Shown here piece after piece: positions 53,201 to 62,191 of a DNA stretch of 64,000 bases. The position numbers were made by a program, and so were the translations under genes. The first letter of the stretch is position 1. Every line of letters begins with the position of its first letter. The DNA comes from an uncultured Verrucomicrobiales bacterium. Lineage in GTDB: Bacteria > Verrucomicrobiota > Verrucomicrobiia > Verrucomicrobiales > DEV007. The stretch covers positions 44,009 to 108,008 of the forward strand of contig CALKOM010000006.1 of the NCBI GenBank assembly GCA_938091905.1, in the 5' to 3' direction. The notes below the pieces were generated by a model that had not been told where the DNA came from, searched no databases, and saw nothing but the letters and a program-made list of their open reading frames with translations.

Positions 53201-53273
53201 AGGCGAGGACTTGGTCTACGATGCCTATACCCGCCCGAGAACGTTTAAGTTGGGGCTCGGTTGGACCTATTAG
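50220..53273 (+). CDS. TonB-dependent receptor with N-terminal carboxypeptidase-regulatory-like domain
   Basis: GKAYDAKSGKPLVG; TonB-box-like EEIEVVS; plug IRGLADRY...LNG; RTVARPTFYE; GNQEL; terminal aromatic residue. Confidence 0.93.
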   Translation: MTGNPFHLRRYLLLVLLVSFSGLFAQEEIEPVAAVADEVDLYAEQLAKPIESTKGRFVGKAYDAKSGKPLVGVGIQIEDTGAFTITDDKGRFIIDAVEPGTYTIVISQGGYEPVRAEEVLIKSGQVSNLASATGALERAPIETSDEIYEMEEIEVVSELVEEGAESLLFDRKELEQLITSMGKEEFSKVGAGDVISAVGRMAGANVLDGKYAVIRGLADRYSQTTLNGALIPSGDPSKKAVQLDLIATYLLEELRTYKTASPDLTGEFAGGLVDIRTLKFPEELLLSFSVSTEFDSEATKEEFFKNPDRKMDFLGRVSDSLPEVSGILDFPRGVTRSRTPPSAAQLKAQTEWRAIHNSGSLLPDSSHAAPNTSFSFGVGNSIELSNGTLGVVLAFDQGHSYSTKIAREVNRGSFSTGQFGPRQSQLQNVFDENIDWGGLGTLAYQSKDENHFMGLTLMTNNSATDNVTQGRRVLDQEDGQFVDSNGNDILRIGDYLGADGQIYRAYDEIGYMQRSLDVAQLSGNHKFTELKDLEMNYILSLANAEEDRPDQRFYRSYQIDYLDPSLGTLFTQTNLIPEVNEKSSYRTYANTAESAFFGQAGFVYPVWRNDNEDAFKLKFGSSRFDKERQVRGRLFVYDRTSSIRRDINENDELGLEFHEDFATSGDSINGTGLNRRGDGVFIRDLTAGGGEVRNVDAFSETNSHYFAGNFKMGGTRLNGGIRYEEELRGYDILANLNDPNIVGSDEQKEAYLLPSLSLDHTWGGDDEFKFRISYGRTVARPTFYEFAPVKTIDQKTGLQINGNQELEDTIIDNFDIGLEWYPNPGEQFSVSLFHKEMESPIVTTVGLQDGTTFFRSWRNSESGTISGIELEMRKKFWDYWTLGANFTYIKSEIGPLAGAGGNTGSATVFEGQPEYIMNLNLGYENPDWGFSANLVYNYTDDILTDVTSSKSIPNVFKAATHSLDFFMSKELGNGFKLKMGVENILGDDFEKFYEGEDLVYDAYTRPRTFKLGLGWTY

Positions 53274-53481
53274 TTGGCGGATGAATCCTGACGGATGTTC
53301 TATTAGAAATAGGCAGCGCTACGAGACCTTGTTATTCTTCGGTGTGACGAAACTGGCACGCGGAATGTGAAAGCGTGAGTCGAAAGGGGCAATGTGTCAT
53401 TTCTTTCACTTTTAGAACGTTTCGAGGCGGTCCTATCCATCCTAGATGTCAGAGAGTTTGACGAACCTCGAGAACCTAATC

Positions 53482-56400
53482 ATGAAATACAGACAAAGTA
53501 TTCGCCGACTGAAGTCAGTCGGATTCGCCTTCGTCTCTGCCTGCCTCGCGGCGGTCGGGACGACCCACGCGGCAGACGTTAACGTCACCGCTAATATTAA
53601 CGCTGATACCACTTGGACCGCCGATAATGACTATCTACTGGGTGGTCCTATCTGGGTGGTGGATGGAGCCGTGCTAACGATCGAGCCAGGCACCACCGTG
53701 TATGGCTTTGAGGCAGACGGAGCGGTGACTCCGGGTGCGCTCGTCATCACGCGGGGCTCTAAAATCATCGCAAATGGCCGGGTAGAGGCACCGATCGTCT
53801 TCACCGCTCTCGCTGAACGCGATGGTTTCGATGACGACGGTGATCCTGCGACACCAGGAGTGCCCCTTACTTTGGAAGACAGCGGCCAATGGGGTGGCTT
53901 GGTCATCCTAGGGAACTCGATTCTCAACACGGCCAATGCTGACGGGAAAGACTTCGGTGAATTCAAGGTCGAGGGTTTCCCAACGAGCACGGCGAGCGAT
54001 CTCGTGACCTACGGCGGAGACAACGACGACGATGACTCGGGTGTCCTGCGCTATGTCTCGATCCGCTACGGTGGAAGTATCTTGACGGATAATAACGAGA
54101 TCAACGGCCTTACATTGGGCGCTGTCGGTCGCGGGACGACGATCGAATACATCGAGGTGTTCAATAACTCGGATGATGGTGTCGAGTTCTTCGGTGGCAC
54201 GGTGGATACGAAGTATATGGCGATGATCTTCAATGAAGACGAGTCCTTCGATATTGACCAAGGCTACCGTGGTCGGAATCAGTTTTGGTTTGCACTGCAG
54301 AAAGACGTTGGTGAACTCTCCGACTTCGGTGGTGAGCATGACGGTGGTGATGGCAATGATAAGACGTTAGAGCCATTCGCACGAGTGCAAGTTTACAATG
54401 CGACCTACATCGGTGGCGGCCCCGACGGCAAGACAGGTAAAGGCGTCTTCAACTTGAAGGACAACTTCGCTGGTCAGTATCACAACAGTGTGTTCATGGA
54501 CTTCCGCGGTTATGCGATGGCGATCGGCGGAGAGAGCACGATCGCTCGCGCAAACACAGCAGGTGACCTCAGCTTTGAGAACAACATTTGGTATGACATC
54601 GGGAGCTACGACGGCACGGTCGCCTCGCTCACCGCCAATGGCCTGGCTGAAGAGTTGGCCAACGTTTCCGAGAAAGGAAACACCTATGCGAACCCATTCC
54701 TCGGTGGTACCAGTCGCCTCGGTAATGGCGGTCTCGATCCTCGCCCTTCGGCATCCGGAGCAGCTTATAACACGCCGATGTCGTCAGTTTCTGGCGGATT
54801 TTATACGCCAGTGAATTACAAAGGAGCGTTCAGTTCGGAGGAGAATTGGCTCAAAGGGTGGTCTCACCTCGATCAGTTAGGCTACTTTGATGAGCCTGCC
54901 GCTGTGAAGACAGACGTCGAAGTCACTGCTGACATCACGACGGACACGACTTGGTCTAACGACAACAACTACTTGTTAGGCGGCCCAATCTGGGTGCGTG
55001 ACGGAGCAAGCCTCACCATTGAAGCTGGCACCACCATCTATGGTTTCGAAGCCGAAGGTGCGGTGACGCCAGGTGCACTAGTTATTCAGCGTGACGCCAA
55101 GATCTTTGCGGAAGGCACGCGTGCGAATCCAATCGTCTTCACGGCTCTCGCCGAGCGTGACGGTGTCGATGACGATGGTGATCCTGCAACGCCAGGCGTT
55201 CCTATCACCTTGGAAGACAGCGGTCAGTGGGGTGGTTTGGTCATCCTAGGAAATTCCGTTCTCAACACGGCGAACGCTGATGGCAAAGACTTCGGTGAAT
55301 TCAAGGTCGAAGGCTTCCCCACGAGCACGGCAAGTGATCTTGTGAGTTACGGTGGGAACGATGACGGAGACAGTTCCGGTATCCTTCGCTACGTCTCGAT
55401 TCGCTACGGTGGTAGTGTTTTGACTGACAACAACGAGATCAATGGTCTCACCTTAGGTGCTGTTGGAAGTGGCACGCGCATTGAATACATCGAGGTGTTC
55501 AACAACTCAGACGACGGTGTCGAGTTCTTCGGTTCGACGGTGGACACGCGCTACATGGCAATGGCCTTCAATGAAGACGAGTCCTTTGACATCGACCAAG
55601 GCTTCCGCGGACGCGGTCAGTTCTGGTTCGCCGTGCAGAAAGATGTGGGTGAACTCTCCGACTTCGGTGGTGAGCACGACGGTGGTGATGGCGATGACAA
55701 GTCGCTCAAGCCTCTCGCTGAGCCGATGATCTACAACGCGACTTACATCGGTGGCGGTCCAAACGGCAAGTCTGGCAAAGGTGCCTTCAACTTGAAGGAC
55801 AATTTCGCGGGTCAATACCACAATAGTGTGTTCACAGGCTTCCGCGGCTATGGTGTTGCGGTTGGTGGCGAACTTACCCTCGCACGTGTGAATGACGGCA
55901 AGCTTCGTTATGAGAACAACACGTGGGGCGACTTTGGCCTCAATGACGGCACGCTCGCTTCGCTCACGCTGAATGGCAGTGCAGAAGAGTTGCTTTTGTT
56001 AGCCTCGGATCGCGGTAATACGGTCGAGGATCCAGCTCTTCGCGGTATCAGCCGCGTAGCCGACGGGATGTTAGACCCTCGTCCTACGGACGCGAGCCCA
56101 CTGCTTACGGCAACCTTGAGTGACTTTCCGGCAGGCCAATCCGGTTTCTACGTTCCCGCAGATTATCGCGGTGCCTTCGGAGACACGAACTGGCTAGAAG
56201 GCTGGTCTCATCTCTCAGGTGCTGGATTTCTCGGCGATCTTAACGGTGGGGGCAACAGCGGGGGTGACACTGATTCCGACAACGACGGTACCTCGGATGC
56301 GGTGGAGAATGCCATAGGAACCGATCCTAACAACGCTGCAGAGTCCTTCGTGATCACCGATGTGACCGCTGGAACTATCAGCTTTCCAAGTGCAGATGGC

Positions 56401-56550
56401 ACGAACTTCGATGTGGAATACTCCGAAGATCTTGTCACTTGGATCGTGGTCGACTCGGTGGCCGGTGCCGCTGGGTCCACTACCTACACGGATGCAGACG
56501 CTACGCGTCTCGGCCGAACCTCGGGCTATTACCGTGTGACACTGAAGTAG
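53482..56550 (+). CDS. Secreted protein with two tandem ~446-aa beta-helix-like domains and shared C-terminal domain
   Basis: Duplicated GQWGGLVILG...SG(V/I)LRYVSIRYGG...NEINGLTLGAVG...NSDDGVEFFG. Confidence 0.85.
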   Translation: MKYRQSIRRLKSVGFAFVSACLAAVGTTHAADVNVTANINADTTWTADNDYLLGGPIWVVDGAVLTIEPGTTVYGFEADGAVTPGALVITRGSKIIANGRVEAPIVFTALAERDGFDDDGDPATPGVPLTLEDSGQWGGLVILGNSILNTANADGKDFGEFKVEGFPTSTASDLVTYGGDNDDDDSGVLRYVSIRYGGSILTDNNEINGLTLGAVGRGTTIEYIEVFNNSDDGVEFFGGTVDTKYMAMIFNEDESFDIDQGYRGRNQFWFALQKDVGELSDFGGEHDGGDGNDKTLEPFARVQVYNATYIGGGPDGKTGKGVFNLKDNFAGQYHNSVFMDFRGYAMAIGGESTIARANTAGDLSFENNIWYDIGSYDGTVASLTANGLAEELANVSEKGNTYANPFLGGTSRLGNGGLDPRPSASGAAYNTPMSSVSGGFYTPVNYKGAFSSEENWLKGWSHLDQLGYFDEPAAVKTDVEVTADITTDTTWSNDNNYLLGGPIWVRDGASLTIEAGTTIYGFEAEGAVTPGALVIQRDAKIFAEGTRANPIVFTALAERDGVDDDGDPATPGVPITLEDSGQWGGLVILGNSVLNTANADGKDFGEFKVEGFPTSTASDLVSYGGNDDGDSSGILRYVSIRYGGSVLTDNNEINGLTLGAVGSGTRIEYIEVFNNSDDGVEFFGSTVDTRYMAMAFNEDESFDIDQGFRGRGQFWFAVQKDVGELSDFGGEHDGGDGDDKSLKPLAEPMIYNATYIGGGPNGKSGKGAFNLKDNFAGQYHNSVFTGFRGYGVAVGGELTLARVNDGKLRYENNTWGDFGLNDGTLASLTLNGSAEELLLLASDRGNTVEDPALRGISRVADGMLDPRPTDASPLLTATLSDFPAGQSGFYVPADYRGAFGDTNWLEGWSHLSGAGFLGDLNGGGNSGGDTDSDNDGTSDAVENAIGTDPNNAAESFVITDVTAGTISFPSADGTNFDVEYSEDLVTWIVVDSVAGAAGSTTYTDADATRLGRTSGYYRVTLK
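53575..56232 (+). repeat. Intragenic tandem duplication (copies start at 53575 and 54913, offset 1338 nt)
   Basis: Long near-identical peptide stretches with many synonymous differences. Confidence 0.9.
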
Positions 56551-56581
56551 TCTGATGAACTAGCAAATTGCGATAAGGGAC

Positions 56582-56612
56582 GAGGGGTCATCGTGTGCTG
56601 CGATGGCCCCTC
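56582..56612 (+). terminator. Hairpin after the duplicated beta-helix gene
   Basis: GAGGGGTCATCGT-GTGCT-GCGATGGCCCCTC; weak T tail. Confidence 0.55.
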
Positions 56613-56831
56613 ATTCTGTACAGCCGATGAGACCCGGCTACGATGAGTGGTCGTGACGAGACAGTTGGGCATTGATCTGACTACTTTGGGGCTCTGATCG
56701 AATGGGCGCCTGTTTCACATTTGCCAAGTTGTCACAACGAGTTCTGGGAAGCCTCCGTCTATCTGACATATTTGTTTCCAAAGACTGTTCGAAAGATGGA
56801 GGTCCGAGTGGGACAAGGAGTGGACTGCCAA

Positions 56832-57509
56832 ATGGAAACTGTCCTTCTCATTGATGACGAATCTGACTTGTTGGACCTGTTGGCGGTAAGTTTGGAGCCG
56901 GCGGGTTATCGAACGATCAAAGAGGCTTCAGGTGTAAAAGGGCTCCGTGCTCTTGAGGCTGGGCCTCCTGATCTTATCCTTCTCGATCTGGTTCTACCTG
57001 ACATGTCGGGTTTTGAGGTGCTCCATAGGATCAGGGAACATCCGGGGTGCAATCTCGTTCCTGTCATGATCCTCTCGGCGCGGGGTGCCGTTGAGGATCG
57101 GATCGAGGGCTTTTCACGTGGAGCTGATGACTATCTGGGAAAGCCATTCTCCATGAAGGAGCTGGTTCTGCGCGTCCAATCGTTGGTACGCCGATCTTCT
57201 GCCAATAGGAATGTGATACAATCAGGCACGTTGATAGTTGATCAAGATAGCTTTCGTTGTTTCCTTGGCGGCAAGCAGCTCGATTTAACGACTATAGAAT
57301 ACAAGATCTTGACCTGTTTGCTGAAGGGAGACGGGAAGATACTGCCTCGTAAACGAATTGTCGAGCAGGTGTGGGGCCACACGCTTGAAGGTTCGTCTCG
57401 TTCGTTGGATACGCACGTGAAGCGTTTGAGGGGGAAGCTTGGGACTCGTGCGGATGCTATCCGTACGGTTCGTAGCAAAGGATATCGCTTGGTTCCGCTC
57501 CATTCGTGA
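56832..57509 (+). CDS. OmpR/PhoB family response regulator
   Basis: LIDDE, LDLVLPDMSG, GADDYLGKPFS, LTTIEYKIL, RSLDTHVKRLRGKL. Confidence 0.95.
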   Translation: METVLLIDDESDLLDLLAVSLEPAGYRTIKEASGVKGLRALEAGPPDLILLDLVLPDMSGFEVLHRIREHPGCNLVPVMILSARGAVEDRIEGFSRGADDYLGKPFSMKELVLRVQSLVRRSSANRNVIQSGTLIVDQDSFRCFLGGKQLDLTTIEYKILTCLLKGDGKILPRKRIVEQVWGHTLEGSSRSLDTHVKRLRGKLGTRADAIRTVRSKGYRLVPLHS

Positions 57510-57537
57510 GAGGTGCGGTATCCCTGTCTGAATTGAC

Positions 57538-57554
57538 GTGACAAGATCGTGACT
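57538..57554. promoter_or_regulatory. Pho-box-like direct repeat upstream of the ArsR/TonB cluster
   Basis: GTGACA-AGATC-GTGACT with 11-bp period. Confidence 0.5.
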
Positions 57555-57678
57555 CTGCGCCGGTTGATTGGAGGGATGCAGGACACGTAAGTCTTTATTA
57601 TCCGCTCTCGCGTTTGTTCATCGCTCCATTCATTCTACTGCCGGGGGAGGCCGAATCACGGTTACGACGAATCAGCAT

Positions 57679-57984
57679 GTGACGCAGTCCTGTTGTGAAC
57701 TTTTCAAGGCGCTCGCCGATGAGACTCGATTGCTCATAGTGAGAGAGTTGCTGTCGAAGCCATTGATTGTCGGCGAGCTGGCGGAACGGCTTTCGATATC
57801 ACATTACAACGTGTCTAAGCATCTTAAAGTGCTTCGAGAGTGTGGTGTGATCGTGATTACAAAGGAGGGACGGCAAGTGTGCTCTCGACTCAATCTGGCT
57901 AGAAAACAGAGTGCATCTGCCAGAGGGCATGATGGCTGGGTGCTGGAATTGGGGTATTGCGTGATACGCTTCGGAGAAGCCTAG
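57679..57984 (+). CDS. ArsR/SmtB family transcriptional regulator (start uncertain)
   Basis: FKALADETRLLIV...VGELAE...VSKHLKVLRECG...KEGR. Confidence 0.88.
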   Translation: MTQSCCELFKALADETRLLIVRELLSKPLIVGELAERLSISHYNVSKHLKVLRECGVIVITKEGRQVCSRLNLARKQSASARGHDGWVLELGYCVIRFGEA

Positions 57985-58021
57985 GTGACAGGATTGTTGC
58001 ATGTGAATCTTCGCTCAACTC

Positions 58022-58840
58022 GTGAGCTCACCACAAAGTATGCGCATTCAGGCAACTATTGTGAATCGACCCCTTTCCATACTCATCAGCACAGGCCTGC
58101 TTCTCGGCGCCGCCTCTGCCCAATCCCCGGCCGCCGAGACGGCGGAGAAAGACATCGCGCTCATGCGAAGCTACATCGACCGCTGGGTGGCTGCGAGTCA
58201 AGATGTGGCCAAAACACGAACGAATTGGCAGTTTGAGAAAGACATTCTTCTCGCCACGAAGGAGTCCCTTGAAGGCGAAGTCGATCAGGTGAAGGCGCAG
58301 ATCGAGGACGCGAAGAAGGAAGAAACCATCGTTGATGAGACGAGCAAGGATCTTGCCAAAGAGCAGGTGGAATTGTCAAATGCGTCAGAGGCCGTCACCG
58401 CGGTGGTTGAGAAGTTAGAGGCTCGCTTGGTAGGACTGATTCCGCAGTTGCCTAGCTATCTCCAGCGTGATCTCGGAGCGGATCTTGAGTTGCTCAATAA
58501 CAAAGAGAAGCGTGAGAAGTCTGGCATTGCCACTCGGGTCACTACGATCACCAATGTGCTGATCGCGGCCGAGAAAGCGAACAGTGATATCATCAGTGTG
58601 AACGAGGAGCGCGACGTGAATGGAAAAACGCAGAGTGTGAGGACGGTCTATTTGGGACTCGCTACGGCTTACTCCTCGACAGAGGACGGTTCTGTAGGCT
58701 GGATCGGGACGCCCAGTGCCTCTGGCTGGACTTTCGAGGAACGACCCGACGAAGCCGAGGCCATTTCCAAGGTCGTCGCCATCGCCAATGACGAAGCCGA
58801 TGTCAGTTTCGTGCCTGTGACCGCCAAGATTTCTGATTAA
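58022..58840 (+). CDS. DUF3450-like periplasmic coiled-coil protein
   Basis: Signal peptide, long coiled coil, VYLGL...Y...DG...G; position ahead of ExbB genes. Confidence 0.7.
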   Translation: MSSPQSMRIQATIVNRPLSILISTGLLLGAASAQSPAAETAEKDIALMRSYIDRWVAASQDVAKTRTNWQFEKDILLATKESLEGEVDQVKAQIEDAKKEETIVDETSKDLAKEQVELSNASEAVTAVVEKLEARLVGLIPQLPSYLQRDLGADLELLNNKEKREKSGIATRVTTITNVLIAAEKANSDIISVNEERDVNGKTQSVRTVYLGLATAYSSTEDGSVGWIGTPSASGWTFEERPDEAEAISKVVAIANDEADVSFVPVTAKISD

Positions 58841-58843
58841 CCG

Positions 58844-60322
58844 ATGTTTAAGAATTCTATCCTAGCGCTCTTCCTGGCTCTCAGTCTGACTGGTGTCAGC
58901 TCTGGGCAATCGCTTAGTGGCGCGGTGAGCAGTGCCAAGCGTGATCTTGAGAAGGCTCTGTCTGAGCTGAATGCCCTGCAATCTTCAATTGCCAAAGAGA
59001 AGATCCCTCTGAATACGCAGATCGATTTGCTTGAATCGCAGGTGCGTGACGAATCGACCAAGCTGCGGGACTTACGCCGCGAGCAAGTCGCGCGTTCGCG
59101 TGATCAAGTTCAGCTGAGCAACGAAGTCAAAGCGCGCCGCGTAGAAGCGGATTTCATGGCTAGCGTGCTAGGCGACTATGCGCGTGGCTTTACGAATCGC
59201 TTGCATGCTAGCGAGCACCAGCTCTACAGCGAGAGCGTGCAGCAAAGCAATGATCGGGTGGCTTCGGGCAACTTGTCACGTGCGGAAGTCTTTGCCGAGC
59301 GAATGAATGTGGTCACGCAAGCGGTCGATCGCTTGGACAAAGTGATCGGCGGCGCGAGCTACGAGGGCAAAGCTCTGACGGAAGTCGAAGGTGTGGTGGA
59401 TGGAACCTACGCATTGATAGGCCCAACAGCGCTGTTCACCTCGAAAGATGGCCAGCTGAGTGGTGTCACGAACACGGTGACAGAAGAAGGGGTCAAGCCC
59501 ACGGCGATCGATTTGGGCAACAAGGATGGTATTGCAAAGCTCATCAATACGAAGGAGGGCGTTATTCCCTTGGACGCCTCTGGTGGGCGTGCCCTCGTCA
59601 TGGACCGCGCCAAGGATTCGATCCGCGAACACGTGGCCAAGGGTGGCTTGGTTGGTTATTGCATCCTTATTCTCGGGGCTTTGGCTTTGCTAATTGCGCT
59701 GTTTAAGCTCTTCGAAATCTTACGGTTTGCTGTCCCCTCGCCACGCCAGATCCAGTCGATCCTCGAGAACTTGATCGATGGGAAGAAGAAGCAGGCCGAA
59801 GCGACGGCACGCGGTATCTCTGGAACCGCTGGCGAGATGATGATGGTTGGTGTCGACAATTTCCATCGCAAGCGCCGCGCTTTGGAAGAGCTTCTTTATG
59901 AGAGGATGCTAGGCATTCGCCCTAAACTGGAACGCTTCTTGCCTTTCCTTGCCGTGACTGCTGCTGCTGCTCCTTTGATGGGCTTGCTAGGAACAGTCAT
60001 GGGCATGATCAAGACGTTCAAGCTGATCACGGAGTTCGGCACGGGTGATGCCAAGAGCTTGTCCTCGGGTATCTCCGAAGCCCTGGTCACGACTGAGCTT
60101 GGTCTTGTGGTGGCCATTCCAATTCTCATCATTCACGGCATCCTCACACGGATGTCACGGGGCCGCATTGGCCGTATGGAGGGCGCTGCCATGGCGTTCT
60201 TGAATGGAATATCGACGAACGACGACAAGAAATCTCCTGAACCAGAGCCCCAGCCGAAAGTGAAGGCGAAGGCCAAGGCGGAGGGCCAGACCGAACCCCG
60301 TGCAGTGCAAGATGCTGCCTAA
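58844..60322 (+). CDS. MotA/TolQ/ExbB family protein with a large periplasmic N-terminus (TtpC-like)
   Basis: GGLVGYCIL; AAPLMGLLGTVMGMIKTF; GISEALVTTELGLVVAIP. Confidence 0.9.
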   Translation: MFKNSILALFLALSLTGVSSGQSLSGAVSSAKRDLEKALSELNALQSSIAKEKIPLNTQIDLLESQVRDESTKLRDLRREQVARSRDQVQLSNEVKARRVEADFMASVLGDYARGFTNRLHASEHQLYSESVQQSNDRVASGNLSRAEVFAERMNVVTQAVDRLDKVIGGASYEGKALTEVEGVVDGTYALIGPTALFTSKDGQLSGVTNTVTEEGVKPTAIDLGNKDGIAKLINTKEGVIPLDASGGRALVMDRAKDSIREHVAKGGLVGYCILILGALALLIALFKLFEILRFAVPSPRQIQSILENLIDGKKKQAEATARGISGTAGEMMMVGVDNFHRKRRALEELLYERMLGIRPKLERFLPFLAVTAAAAPLMGLLGTVMGMIKTFKLITEFGTGDAKSLSSGISEALVTTELGLVVAIPILIIHGILTRMSRGRIGRMEGAAMAFLNGISTNDDKKSPEPEPQPKVKAKAKAEGQTEPRAVQDAA

Positions 60323-60346
60323 CGAAACTGAACGAATATACCTGTT

Positions 60347-61051
60347 ATGAATCTCCAAGAAATCTTCACTATTCTACAAAGCGGTGGCTGGGTCATGATC
60401 ATGCTGGCTGTGCTAGCGTTGATTCTTTATGTCACGGCATCTGACCTAGCCTACTATGTCTATTCGGGAAACCTGGGGGGAAAGATGACCTCATGGCTTG
60501 CGTGGATTCGCGACCCGTCCAAAGCCAATGGACAAGTCGGGGAAATTATCCAGTACACTCAGGGTGGAAATGCGGATGCCAAGCGCATCCAGCAACGCTT
60601 TGAGCAAGTGCGTTACGAGACGTCTTCGAGAGTGAGCCATCGATTGGTATTACTCAATACACTCGTGGCCGCCGCGCCGCTAGCGGGTTTGTTGGGGACG
60701 GTGATCGGCATGCTCGGCACTTTCGGTGGACTGGCTGCAGGTGGCAGCGAGTCGATGTCGCTGGTTGCCGGCGGCATTCATGAAGCTTTGCTCACGACTC
60801 AGACTGGGTTGATGATCGCTTTGCCAGGAGTGTTTGCTTCTCTTGTCATCAAGCGACGGAAGAACACGCTTGAGGAGGCCATTTCTCGTCTCGAAAGCAT
60901 GACGCTCATTCACAAGACTGGCCTCGATGCACTCTTGGAGGAAGAAGAGGAAGAAGTGGCCGCTCCCGCACCTACCCGCACTGCACCAACACGGGCTCCT
61001 GCTCAGGAACCTATCCTGGTCGGAGACGACTCCGGGATGCAGTTGGCCTAA
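60347..61051 (+). CDS. exbB: MotA/TolQ/ExbB proton channel protein
   Basis: APLAGLLGTVIGM; GIHEALLTTQTGL. Confidence 0.88.
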   Translation: MNLQEIFTILQSGGWVMIMLAVLALILYVTASDLAYYVYSGNLGGKMTSWLAWIRDPSKANGQVGEIIQYTQGGNADAKRIQQRFEQVRYETSSRVSHRLVLLNTLVAAAPLAGLLGTVIGMLGTFGGLAAGGSESMSLVAGGIHEALLTTQTGLMIALPGVFASLVIKRRKNTLEEAISRLESMTLIHKTGLDALLEEEEEEVAAPAPTRTAPTRAPAQEPILVGDDSGMQLA

Positions 61052-61072
61052 CCTCTTGATCTGTTATAGACG

Positions 61073-61480
61073 ATGTTAGGGCGACGCGGAATGTCAGACG
61101 AGAGCGATGATGTGTCTATCGACTTGTCTCCAATGATCGACTGTATCTTTATCCTCCTTATCTTCTTCATTGTGACCACGGTGTTCGTGAATGAGACCGG
61201 GGTGACGGTGATCAAGCCTGAGGTCAAGAATGCCTCTGCGCTTGATAAGAACAGCATTCTCATCGCAGTCACCAAGGACAATGATGTCGCCTACGATGGC
61301 AAGATCATTGGCATTCCCGGTGTGGCTACCGTTGTGAAGCAGGCGTTAAAGGACAACAAAGACATGCCTGTCATCATTCAAGGCGATACCGATGCGAGTC
61401 ATGGCATCGTTCAAATGGTTCATGGCGAAGCGCTGGTTTCCGGAGCGACCAAGATCTCCGTCTCGACCAAGAAGAACTAG
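61073..61480 (+). CDS. exbD: Biopolymer transport protein ExbD
   Basis: [29 protein letters not shown]. Confidence 0.93.
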   Translation: MLGRRGMSDESDDVSIDLSPMIDCIFILLIFFIVTTVFVNETGVTVIKPEVKNASALDKNSILIAVTKDNDVAYDGKIIGIPGVATVVKQALKDNKDMPVIIQGDTDASHGIVQMVHGEALVSGATKISVSTKKN

Positions 61481-61490
61481 CGAAGCGATC

Positions 61491-62174
61491 ATGGCGGCGA
61501 CGAGCGACCATCTCATCTACCAGTCCTCGCCATCACGTAAGGGGCTCCTGGTTGCGGCTGCTGGTGGCTTGTTCATGACCGTGCTGATCTTTCTCGCCAT
61601 CCCTTTCAGCCAGTTGATAGAGAAGCTCACCTTGCCTGAGGACGCGGCTCCGCAAGGAGCGGTCATGGCGCCGCCGCCACCACCGCCACCACCTCCGCTT
61701 CCTCCTCCCCCACCGCCGGAGGAGGAGCCACCTGAGGAAGAAGAACCCCCTCCTGAGCTTCAAGATGAGCCGATGGATCTTGATATCCCGATGCCGGACC
61801 TTCCTGCTGGGCTCGGCGCGGGTGGATTCTTTATTGATGACAAGTACAACATCGACCTCAAACGGGACGTGCTAGGGGCTGATGGCATCTTTGGAGCAGA
61901 TCAATTGGACAATCGCCCGCGTCCCTTACGAGCCACTCCGCCGCGCTATCCTAAGGCCATGAAGCGTGCCAAAAAGCAGGGGCGCGTTACGCTTTTCGTC
62001 GTGATCGATGAAATGGGCCGCGTACTTTCTGCCGAGGTCCGCAAGTCCACGGATTCAGGATTCAACGAAGAAGCGCTCAAGGCGGCGCGAAAGTGGACAT
62101 TCAAGGCTCCTACTAAGAACGGTCGGCCCGTGCGTGCCAAGATGCTCATCCCCGTTTCGTTCAAACTTGAATAG
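61491..62174 (+). CDS. tonB: Energy transducer TonB
   Basis: N-terminal TM, poly-Pro linker, PRYP...QGRV...IDEMGRV...WTFKAP. Confidence 0.92.
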   Translation: MAATSDHLIYQSSPSRKGLLVAAAGGLFMTVLIFLAIPFSQLIEKLTLPEDAAPQGAVMAPPPPPPPPPLPPPPPPEEEPPEEEEPPPELQDEPMDLDIPMPDLPAGLGAGGFFIDDKYNIDLKRDVLGADGIFGADQLDNRPRPLRATPPRYPKAMKRAKKQGRVTLFVVIDEMGRVLSAEVRKSTDSGFNEEALKAARKWTFKAPTKNGRPVRAKMLIPVSFKLE

Positions 62175-62191
62175 ACAACTCTAAGGATATT

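Noticed and set aside
53395..53409. TGTCAT...TTTCAC as a Pho box
   Set aside because: Half-site spacing is 9 bp, not 11
61670..61755. CCG/CCA-rich low-complexity tract
   Set aside because: Normal proline-rich TonB linker
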